DNA from: an uncultured Clostridiaceae bacterium
Lineage (GTDB): Bacteria; Bacillota; Clostridia; TANB77; CAG-508
DNA: 17,884 nt
Direction: 5' to 3'
Assembly (NCBI GenBank): GCA_905198755.1
Contig: CAJKDR010000013.1
Span: forward strand, 1 to 17,884
Both the position numbers and the translations under genes were made by a program. Position 1 is the first letter of the stretch. Each line of letters begins with the position of its first letter. Of the stretch, positions 1 to 7,938 are shown piece by piece. The notes beneath the pieces are model-generated. The model had not been told where the DNA came from and did no database searches. It saw nothing but the letters and a program-made list of their open reading frames with translations.

Positions 1-2465
1 GATGTTGTACTCTTTAGACTATCATTTAAGTAGTATTTATACGTATTCGTGTCTGCTAATCCACTCTCTCCATCACTTGCTGATACACTTACTGTTATGC
101 TTTCTGCTGTCACTTCATCAACCACTAATTCTACTGTTGGTGCTTTCTTATCTAGTATTGTTATGCTTGCACTATTTCCCACATTCGTTCCATCTGTTAA
201 TCTTGCATATACTGTATCTCCATGATTTAAGTTGCCTACTGTTACTGGGCTATTTCCTTTTGTCCAACTTCCTGATATACCTCCTACTTGATACTCTATT
301 TGGAAACTTGTTGTCGTTGTTAATGTTATACTTGCTTTTCCACTACTCCATACTGCTGGGCTTGCTGTTATATTTCCTGTTTCTAGCCCTTCTCCTGCTC
401 CTGGTACTGTTGCTGTTGTTTGATTTGTTAATGTTCCTATTCCTGTATTTCCTGCTTTATCTCCATTTACCTCTACTTTTATATCATATTTTGTTCCTTG
501 TGTTAGTCCTGTAAATGTGTATTGCGCATTTGATATATTTTCTGCTCCACTTGGCGCTTTGTAACTTTCGTCTCCTTCTGCACTCTTTTTAATGTAGTAT
601 GTGTATTTTGGACTTGTTACCATTCCAGTTTCATTATCTACTGCTTGGGCTGTTACTGTTATACTATTTGTTGTAGGAGACCCTTGTGCTGTTACTGTCA
701 CTACTGGTGCTATTGTGTCTTCTATTGTGATGTTTACTTCTGGTCCATATGTTGTTTGTCCTTCATTTGTTAAACATGCTTTTACTTTATCTCCATGATT
801 TAATCCTGTTATACTTGTTCCATTATATTCTTGCCAACTTCCTTCTCCATTTACCTTATATACAATTTTGTATTGGCTTTCTGTTGTTGCTAGCTTTAAT
901 GTTGCTGTTCCTCCACTCCATGTTATTTCTCCTTCTTGTGTTACTGTTCCTGTTATTCTGCTTATTGTTATTCCATTTGATACTGTCTCTGTTTTATTTC
1001 CTGCTACGTCTGTTGTTAGAACATGCAAATAGTATGTTCCTTCTGCATTACTATTTAAGGTTATTGTCTCTGGATTGGTTGTAAACTTTCCCGTATAGGC
1101 TGCTGTGTCCTCTGTTCCCATTGCTGATGAACTTGTATTCATTATCCATCCACTTTTTCCTATATCTACTCCACTTTTTATATCTTTGTGTGTTACTTTT
1201 GCTGTTATATTCTCTCCTATTAATATATTTGTTGTATTTAACTCTATTGTTGCCTTTTCTGGCACTTCATTGTCAATTATATTTATACTTGCATATTCTC
1301 CATAGTTTGTTCCGTCTGTTAGTCTTGCATATATTGTATCTCCATGTTTTAGGTTCGCTACTGTTCCGTTATTCTCTATATTTGTCCAACTGTTTGTTTC
1401 AGTTGCATTCTTTTGGTACTGTATCTGCAAACCTGTATTTGTAGCAATTGTTACACTTGCTTTTCCGTCTTGCCATGTTGCAGTTCCAAATGTTATTGCT
1501 CCTTGCTCTATTCCTCCTTCTCCTCCTGGTACTGTTCCTGTATTTTGATTTGCTAGAGTTCCTATTCCTGTATTTCCTGCAACATCTCCATTTACCTCTA
1601 CTTTTACATCATAACTTGTTCCTTGTGTTAAGTTTTTAAATGTATAGCTATTACTTGTTATATTGTTTGCATCACTTGGTGTTTGGTACTTTTCTTCTCC
1701 TTGGTTACTTTGCTTTATTTGGTATGTGTATGTTGAGTTTCCTTTCATTCCACTTTCCTTATCCTCTGCTGTTACTCTTACTGTTATACTATTTGTTGTA
1801 CTTCCTCCTGCTGTTACTGTTACTACTGGCGCCTTTTTATCTTCTATTGTGAATGTATTCTCTGGACCTGTTGTTGTTTCATTGGTTAGCCTTGCCGTTA
1901 TTTTATCTCCATGGTTTAATCCTGTGATTGCTCCATCATATTTTGTCCAACCGCCCTCATTTACTTTGTATTCTATTTCAAATTGGTCGTCTGCTGTCTC
2001 TAGTTCTATGCTTGCTTTTCCATCTCTCCATGTTGTGCTACCTTTTTGGCTTACTGTTCCTGATATTGCACTTATTGTTATTGCACTTGATACTGTTTCT
2101 GTTTTGTTTCCTGCATTATCCACAGTTAATGCATGTAGATAGTATGTTCCTGTTGCACTGCTGTTTAGTGTTATTGTTTCTGGGTTTGTAGTAAAGCTTC
2201 CTGTATATTGTGAAATTACATCTAAACCTGTTCCTACTTCTTCTGCGCTTTGTGTTAGTAACCATTTACTTTGACTGATATTTACTCCACTTTCTCTATC
2301 TATATGTGTTACTTTTGCTGTTATACTTTCTCCTATTAATACACTTTCTGGTGTTACTTCTATATTTGCTTTTTCTGGGGCTGTTGTGTCTTCTATTTTC
2401 TTGTTTTGTATCTCACTGTATTGCTCTCCATCTGTTAGCCTTGCATATACTGTGTCTCCATGGTT
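1..2465 (-). repeat. Protein-coding tandem super-repeat, period 1116-1122 bp (372-374 aa), just over two units in the window
   Basis: The N/K-HGDTVYARLTDG-type anchor begins at 2465, 1349 and 227 (spacings 1116 and 1122). The related NHGDK(I/V) anchor begins at 1916 and 800 (spacing 1116). AGNKTETVSxxITISxIxGTV recurs near 2100 and 985. Confidence 0.8.
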
Positions 2466-3026
2466 CACTCCTGTTACTACTCCACCTGTCACAGTTTTCC
2501 AGTTTCCTTCATCTGTTCCATTTATTTGATATTGTATTATATATTTACTTTCACTTGAAGTTATTGAAACATTTGCTGTTCCATCTTCTTGCCATTGTGC
2601 CTCTCCTATTGTTATTGTTCCTTCTGGTATTGGCTCTGGTTCTGGCTCTATTGTATTGGTTTCTACTGTATTTGTGTCTTCTACTGAGTTAGTTTCAACC
2701 GAATTTGTTTCCTCTCCTCCTGTTGAGTTTGTTTCTCCTGTACCTATTCCTGCAATTATGTCATTTATTTGGTCTGCTACATCATCTAGTTGCTCCTGCT
2801 CTGACTTTGTTGAATTTGCTGTTTGCTCTGCTGCCCATTTTGCTTGGTCTACTAAGCCTCCTTCTCCTAGTGCTACATTTATTGTTACTGCTGCTAATAT
2901 TATCATTATTACTACTGTTAGTATTAGCGCTAATAATGTTATTCCTTTCTCATTTGCACACAAAAAGGATAGATTATTTTGAAAAAAACCTTTGCCTTTT
3001 TTACATCGTTTTTTTCCATAATCCAT
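1..3026 (-). CDS. Partial large surface protein: prepilin-like (type IV pilin-type) N-terminus, acidic linker, then Ig/FN3-like repeats; continues past the left edge. The true start codon is uncertain because the frame is also open upstream.
   Basis: Not in the ORF track because it has no stop inside the window. Minus-strand reading (+ triplets starting at positions divisible by 3) gives ...NEKGITLLALILTVVIMIILAAVTINVALGEGGLVDQAKWAAEQTANSTKSEQEQLDDVADQINDIIAGIGTGETNSTGGEETNSVETNSVEDTNTVETNTIEPEPEPIPEGTITIGEAQWQEDGTANVSITSS..., followed by repeated GDTVYARLTDG, AGNKTETVS and TFTGLTQGTKYDIKVEVNGD motifs. First Met near the junction is at 3026. Confidence 0.85.
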   Translation of the reverse strand, partial: MDYGKKRCKKGKGFFQNNLSFLCANEKGITLLALILTVVIMIILAAVTINVALGEGGLVDQAKWAAEQTANSTKSEQEQLDDVADQINDIIAGIGTGETNSTGGEETNSVETNSVEDTNTVETNTIEPEPEPIPEGTITIGEAQWQEDGTANVSITSSESKYIIQYQINGTDEGNWKTVTGGVVTGVNHGDTVYARLTDGEQYSEIQNKKIEDTTAPEKANIEVTPESVLIGESITAKVTHIDRESGVNISQSKWLLTQSAEEVGTGLDVISQYTGSFTTNPETITLNSSATGTYYLHALTVDNAGNKTETVSSAITISAISGTVSQKGSTTWRDGKASIELETADDQFEIEYKVNEGGWTKYDGAITGLNHGDKITARLTNETTTGPENTFTIEDKKAPVVTVTAGGSTTNSITVRVTAEDKESGMKGNSTYTYQIKQSNQGEEKYQTPSDANNITSNSYTFKNLTQGTSYDVKVEVNGDVAGNTGIGTLANQNTGTVPGGEGGIEQGAITFGTATWQDGKASVTIATNTGLQIQYQKNATETNSWTNIENNGTVANLKHGDTIYARLTDGTNYGEYASINIIDNEVPEKATIELNTTNILIGENITAKVTHKDIKSGVDIGKSGWIMNTSSSAMGTEDTAAYTGKFTTNPETITLNSNAEGTYYLHVLTTDVAGNKTETVSNGITISRITGTVTQEGEITWSGGTATLKLATTESQYKIVYKVNGEGSWQEYNGTSITGLNHGDKVKACLTNEGQTTYGPEVNITIEDTIAPVVTVTAQGSPTTNSITVTAQAVDNETGMVTSPKYTYYIKKSAEGDESYKAPSGAENISNAQYTFTGLTQGTKYDIKVEVNGDKAGNTGIGTLTNQTTATVPGAGEGLETGNITASPAVWSSGKASITLTTTTSFQIEYQVGGISGSWTKGNSPVTVGNLNHGDTVYARLTDGTNVGNSASITILDKKAPTVELVVDEVTAESITVSVSASDGESGLADTNTYKYYLNDSLKSTT

Positions 3027-4832
3027 CCTTTTATTTATATTTCTTACTATATTTTCTATGTTATTTTTATTTTTTTCTATAGATACATATGATACTGCTC
3101 CACCTGATGTTAATTCTTGAAATTCTCCTTCTAATTTTAATCTTTCAATTGTATCAATTTTATCTGGTTCATTCATATAATAAGATTTTTTATAATATCC
3201 TTTATCTGTAACATTTTTTATTGTACCAAATTTTTCTTTATCAGTTTCAGCAAATTTACTTAAAACATGTTTAGATTCTGTAGCATATACATTAAAGCCT
3301 ATTCCAGTATCCTTCTGCCATTCTTTAGTCTTTGCTTCTAATTTTTTTAATACTTTTATTGCAAAAGTATAACCTTCTTCTTCATCTATTCCTTTTTCTT
3401 TTACAACTCTTGATAGTTCATCTAACCCTACATATCCTAATGATAATGTTGAGTATTTTTTCATTAACAAATCATCGATTTTGTCATTCTTATTTATTCT
3501 TGATATTGCACCATGTTGCCAATGAATTGGGCTAATATTAGAATTTATTCCAAGTAAAGCATAATGTCTGCACATTAGTGCCTCTTTACACAATTCCAAT
3601 TTTTCATCAAGCATTTCCCAGAATTTTTCCTCATCACCATCTGCAATTAGTCCTATTTGTACAAGATTAATTGTAACAACTCCCTGATTAAATTGACCTT
3701 CATTTAAAAATTTTGCTTTTTCCCCAGAAGCATAGCTTGGAGAAGATCTTTTCAAAGTACATTTTATAGCTAATTTTGTTAAGTAATCATATTCTCCTCC
3801 AGATAAATTATTTAATTCATCAAGCACATAAATAAGCTCTGGAAAATGAGGTACTACGAATTCATCATCTTCATTTTTCATACCATTATATGTTTGATTA
3901 AGTACTTCTTCTATTATTATTGAATTTTCTTTTAAATATTCATCATCCTTATTTAACTTTAATATTAATGCAACTTTTGGTGGTTTTCCTGTTGTAGTCA
4001 TTAAAGTATTTATTTGATACAATAATGTTTGAACTCCCGCTTTTATTTCTTTTTTTAAAATATTATTTGAAATTTCAGTTATTGAATTTTCATTCAAGTC
4101 TGATTCATATATCTCTTTTAATTGTTCTTCTATTTTTTTATAACTTTTTTCTATATATTTTCCCAAATGAGATAAATCTACATATTGTTTTCCATATTGA
4201 TTACTAGCTACAGTTGCAATAATTTGTGTTGTTAAAATACATGCAACTTGAAAATTTTTTGGTGGATCTATTCTCATTCCATTTATTACAGTACCATTAT
4301 CTAGCATATCTCCTATATTAATAAAAGACGTATTAAATATCGGTTGTACAAAATAGTCTGCATTATGAAAATATAAAACGCCATCTTCATAAGCCTTAGT
4401 TATTTTTTCTGGAAGCAATAATCTTTTTGTTAAATCTCTAGAAACTTCTCCTGCAATATAATTTCTTTGTGTTGATGCAAGTACTGATGTGCTTTCTTCT
4501 TGTTCTTTATTATTTTTTCTAATTAAGCCTAATATTGATTCGTCTGTAGTATTAGATTTTCTAACTAAAGCTCTCGTATATCTATATACTATATATTTTT
4601 TAGCTAATTCATATTTATCTAATTCCATTAATTTCTGTTCTATTACATCTTGAATATCTTCAACAAGCATTCTTTTTTTCCCCAATGCCTCAATGTAATT
4701 AGTTATATCTTTAATCTCATCTTTTGATGCTCTTTTTTCTGGAATAACCTCATTATTTGCTTTATTTATTGCAATTGCTATTTTTTGTTTGTCATAATCT
4801 ACAGCTCTTCCATCTCTTTTTATTACTTTCAT
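3027..4832 (-). pseudogene. Degenerate anaerobic ribonucleoside-triphosphate reductase paralog (ATP-cone plus partial NrdD body) lacking catalytic motifs and the glycyl-radical domain; interrupted by two compensating 1-nt indels
   Basis: Read directly: MKVIKRDGRAVDYDKQKIAIAINKANNEV...LVEDIQDVIEQKLMELDKYELAKKYIVYRYTRALVRKSNTTDESI...MLDNGTVINGMRIDPP[shift]KNFQVACILTTQIIATVASN[shift]QYGKQYVDLSHLGKYIEKSYKK...KAGVQTLLYQINTLMTTTGKPPKVALIL...GQFNQGVVTINLVQIGLIADGDEEKFWEM...YSTLSLGYVGLDEL...GFNVYATESKHVLSKF...ELTSGGAVSYVSIEK. Clearly paralogous to the intact NrdD at 5428..7614. SD-like ggag lies upstream of the ATG at 4832. Confidence 0.85.
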
Positions 4833-4857
4833 TCACATTCTCCAAAAATAAATTTTA

Positions 4858-5349
4858 CTATTCAAATAAAACTACATTATTTGATTTTAAGCTTTTTTGT
4901 ACATCTATTACTCTTTGATTAGAAGACCCTTTCCATTTTAGAGTTGGATTATGTAGTTCATCTATATATTGTCCATCAACTAATACATCAACATATTTTA
5001 CTACTTCTTTATCTTTTAAATTTTTATCAAATAAGAAGCCTGACCAAATCCATAAATCTTTATTTGGATATTTTTTCTTAAATGCTTTGGCTAATTTAGT
5101 AGTCCCTTCAATATTTTTTGGATGCATTGGCTCGCCTCCCAAAATAGAAAGTCCTCTAATAGTTTCATTATCACATAATTCTAATACTCTATTTATTGTA
5201 TCATCTGTGAATTCTTTTCCTCCATTAAAATCATGTGTTTCAGAATTAAAACAATTTTTACAATTGAATGTGCACCCTTGCATAAAAATTGAAACTCTTA
5301 CTCCTGGTCCATTAGATATATCCATTTTTCTAATTTTATTATATCTCAT
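4858..5349 (-). CDS. nrdG: Anaerobic ribonucleoside-triphosphate reductase activating protein (radical SAM)
   Basis: 163 aa; radical-SAM CxxxCxxC motif (CTFNCKNC), NGPGVRVSIFMQGC and GLSILGGEPMHPKN. SD aaaggag upstream. Adjacent to nrdD. Confidence 0.95.
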   Translation of the reverse strand: MRYNKIRKMDISNGPGVRVSIFMQGCTFNCKNCFNSETHDFNGGKEFTDDTINRVLELCDNETIRGLSILGGEPMHPKNIEGTTKLAKAFKKKYPNKDLWIWSGFLFDKNLKDKEVVKYVDVLVDGQYIDELHNPTLKWKGSSNQRVIDVQKSLKSNNVVLFE

Positions 5350-5427
5350 AAAATATTCTCTCCTTTGAAACTATATTCTATTTTTTAAGCGACGCTTGAC
5401 ACTGCAATACGTCGCTTATTTAGAAAA

Positions 5428-7614
5428 TTATTCGTCATCTTTATTATCTAAATGTAATACTCTTTCTTTTATTTCTTGTGTTCTACCTTTATTCCAGAAT
5501 TGGCTTCCAATATATCCACAAGTTCTTCTTGCAACATTTAGAGTGTCATGATTTCTATTACCACAATTTGGGCAATACCATTCTAAATTATCATCTATTA
5601 ATATTTCACCATCAAATCCACATTCTTGACAATAGTCAGATTTTGTATTTAATTCTGCATACATGATATTATCATAAATAAATTTTATAACTTCTATAAC
5701 AGCATCTACATTATCTTGTAAATTTGATGTTTCAATATATGATATAGCACCACCTGGTGATAATCTTTGAAATTCACTTTCTAATTTTAATTTTTTAAAT
5801 GCATCTATTTCTTCAAATACAGGTACATGATATGAATTAGTAATATAATCTCTATCTGTTATTCCTTTTATTGTACCAAATCTTTGTCTTAAGCATTTAG
5901 AAAACTTATATGTTGTGCTTTCGATTGGTGTACCATAAACACTATAATCAATTTTTTCTTCTTCTTTCCATTTATTACATTTATCATTTAATTTTTGCAT
6001 TACTTCTAAAGCAAATTCTTTTCCATCACCATTATCTGTATGGCTATGTCCTGTCATATATTTTACGCATTCATATAATCCTGCATATCCTAATGATAAT
6101 GTAGAGTATCCATCATGTAATAATTTGTGAATACTTTCACCTTTTTTCAATCTAGCTAATGCTCCATTTTGCCATAATATTGGTGCAACATCACTAGTAG
6201 CCTTAGCTAATCTTTCATGTCTAGCTTTTAAAGCTTTATGACATAATTCTAATCTTTGTTCATAGATTTCCCAAAATTTATCTTTATCTTGTGATGAAGA
6301 TAAAGCAACATCAACTAAGTTTATAGTTACAACACCTTGATTAAATCTACCATAATATTTTCCTTTTCCTTCAACATAATCTAATGCATTTGAAGGATTG
6401 CCTTTTGTTGTCCATGGAGTTAAGAAACTTCTACATCCCATACAAGGATAAGCATCTCCTTGTCCCCATTGATTTATTTTAGTTTCTTTCATTATTTTCT
6501 CTGAAATATAATCAGGAACCATTCTTTTAGCAGTACATTTTGCTGCAAGTTGTGTTAAATACCAATATTTTGAACCTTCCTTAATGTTGTCTTCTTCCAA
6601 AACATATAAAAGTTTTGGAAATGCTGGTGTAATATAAACACCTTTTGAATTTTTAAATCCTAGTATTCTTTGATTTAAAAATTCTTCTATAATCATTGCA
6701 AGTTCATCTTTATATTCATCTGTTTCTCCTAAGTACATACAAACAGATAAGAATGGTGCTTGTCCATTAGTATTTGTCATAGAATTTACTTGGTAATTGA
6801 ATGTTTGAACACCATCAGCAACTTCTTTCTTAGTATCTTCCATGGCAAATTTTTTGCATTGTTCATCAGATAAATTTCTATTCTTATATTTTGCGTAAAA
6901 TTTATTATAACTATCTCTTACAAAAGGAGCTAAGTGTGATAATGTAACTGTACATCCACCATAACTTGATGAAGTAACAGCTAAAATTATTTGTGTTGCT
7001 ATTGTCATAGCAGTTAAAAATCTATGAGGTTTTTCTATCATTACTCCATTTATTAGGGTACCATTTTGTAGCATGTCTTCTAAGTTTACTAATTCACAGT
7101 TGTGTAAAGCATTTTGGCTAAAATAATCCATATCATGGAAATGAATTATGCCTTCATCGTGTGCTTTTACAACATCTTCTGGTAATAAGAATCTTCTAGC
7201 AATATCTGTACTTGTTATTCCAGCTAAATAATCTCTTTGTGTTGTTACAACTTTTGCATTTTTATTTGAATTTTCAGTATTCCAATATTCACTTTCTCCA
7301 TCAATTAATTCTTTTATTGATTGATCTGTTGTATTTGCTTTTCTTACTAATTCTCTTGTATAACGATATGTAATATATTTTTTAGCAAGATTATACTTTT
7401 CAAATTCCATTAATTTTTTTTCGATTATATCTTGTATATCTTCTACTAATAATCTAGGTTTTCTTAAATCTTCAATATAATTAATAATCTCTTTAATTTG
7501 TTCTTTTGAAGCCTTATCTCTTTTTGAAACTTCTTCGTTAGCTTTACTTATTGCTACTCTAATTTTTTCTGGATCATAGTCTACAATTGTTCCGTCTCTT
7601 TTAATGATTTTCAT
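5428..7614 (-). CDS. nrdD: Anaerobic ribonucleoside-triphosphate reductase, catalytic subunit, intact
   Basis: 728 aa; N-terminal ATP-cone (MKIIKRDGTIVDYDPEKIRVAISKA), CMGCRSFL active-site segment, CxxC/CxxC Zn site (YCQECG...YCPNCG), glycyl-radical motif RRTCGYIGS. SD aggggg upstream. Confidence 0.97.
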   Translation of the reverse strand: MKIIKRDGTIVDYDPEKIRVAISKANEEVSKRDKASKEQIKEIINYIEDLRKPRLLVEDIQDIIEKKLMEFEKYNLAKKYITYRYTRELVRKANTTDQSIKELIDGESEYWNTENSNKNAKVVTTQRDYLAGITSTDIARRFLLPEDVVKAHDEGIIHFHDMDYFSQNALHNCELVNLEDMLQNGTLINGVMIEKPHRFLTAMTIATQIILAVTSSSYGGCTVTLSHLAPFVRDSYNKFYAKYKNRNLSDEQCKKFAMEDTKKEVADGVQTFNYQVNSMTNTNGQAPFLSVCMYLGETDEYKDELAMIIEEFLNQRILGFKNSKGVYITPAFPKLLYVLEEDNIKEGSKYWYLTQLAAKCTAKRMVPDYISEKIMKETKINQWGQGDAYPCMGCRSFLTPWTTKGNPSNALDYVEGKGKYYGRFNQGVVTINLVDVALSSSQDKDKFWEIYEQRLELCHKALKARHERLAKATSDVAPILWQNGALARLKKGESIHKLLHDGYSTLSLGYAGLYECVKYMTGHSHTDNGDGKEFALEVMQKLNDKCNKWKEEEKIDYSVYGTPIESTTYKFSKCLRQRFGTIKGITDRDYITNSYHVPVFEEIDAFKKLKLESEFQRLSPGGAISYIETSNLQDNVDAVIEVIKFIYDNIMYAELNTKSDYCQECGFDGEILIDDNLEWYCPNCGNRNHDTLNVARRTCGYIGSQFWNKGRTQEIKERVLHLDNKDDE

Positions 7615-7644
7615 TTTACGTACCCCCTAATTGATTATGTCATA

Positions 7645-7650
7645 ATTATA
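7645..7650 (-). promoter_or_regulatory. Candidate -10 box (TATAAT) of nrdD
   Basis: Minus strand reads gagaTATAATtatg. There is no good -35 17 bp upstream, consistent with an activator-dependent promoter. Confidence 0.45.
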
Positions 7651-7666
7651 TCTCAAAAAATAATAT

Positions 7667-7692
7667 AAAAAAGTTGCAATTGCAACTTTTTT
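7667..7692. promoter_or_regulatory. 26-bp perfect palindrome AAAAAAGTTGCAATTGCAACTTTTTT in front of nrdD; candidate Crp/Fnr-type operator
   Basis: Direct reading; the 14-bp core GTTGCAATTGCAAC (7673..7686) recurs at 7880..7893. Confidence 0.7.
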
Positions 7693-7879
7693 GCTTTTTT
7701 TATTTTTTTGACTTTTAAACTAGCAAAAAAGCTTTATTTTAGTGAGTTATCTCAAATATTACATTTATATTACAAAATCAAAGTTTTTTTTACATTTTAT
7801 TACTAATAATAAAAGTATTGAAAAATCAATATTTTTATGCTCTTTGAAATAAATGTAATTTTAGCTTTTATGTATTCTT

Positions 7880-7893
7880 GTTGCAATTGCAAC
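7880..7893. promoter_or_regulatory. Second copy of the palindrome core GTTGCAATTGCAAC, in front of the Crp/Fnr-like gene
   Basis: Exact 14-bp match to 7673..7686; contains the putative -35 TTGCAA of the regulator gene. Confidence 0.7.
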
Positions 7894-7909
7894 TTTTTAG
7901 TGATATAAT
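7881..7909 (+). promoter_or_regulatory. Putative sigma-A promoter of the regulator gene: TTGCAA (7881..7886), N17, TATAAT (7904..7909)
   Basis: Near-consensus boxes with 17-bp spacing, followed by SD aaggag and ATG at 7939. Confidence 0.65.
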
Positions 7910-7938
7910 TACAATATAATTATTTAAGGAGATACTAT

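Noticed and set aside
1-2465. CRISPR array or mobile-element interpretation of the repeated DNA
   Set aside because: Periodicity is ~1.12 kb, in frame, diverged at DNA level and encodes conserved beta-domain motifs; there are no short identical repeats with spacers and no transposase.
2-3535. Many plus-strand ORFs (2..514, 749..1084, 1121..1444, 1663..2142, 2306..2692, 2705..3082, 3332..3535 and others) rich in Leu/Phe/Tyr/Ser
   Set aside because: Mutually overlapping antisense readings of the repeat-protein and NrdD-like coding strand; biased low-complexity composition, no domain motifs.
4196-4262. Programmed ribosomal frameshifting in the NrdD-like gene
   Set aside because: It would need a -1 and then a +1 shift within ~60 nt without a canonical X_XXY_YYZ heptamer; two indels (real or technical) are simpler.
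7667-7692. A6...T6 palindrome as a Rho-independent terminator
   Set aside because: It lies between divergent gene starts, and the same core recurs before the regulator gene without the T-tract symmetry; an operator is the better explanation.
7615-7938. NrdR-type regulatory boxes upstream of nrdD
   Set aside because: Looked for paired ACAcwATAT-wTGT-like 16-mers and found none convincing.
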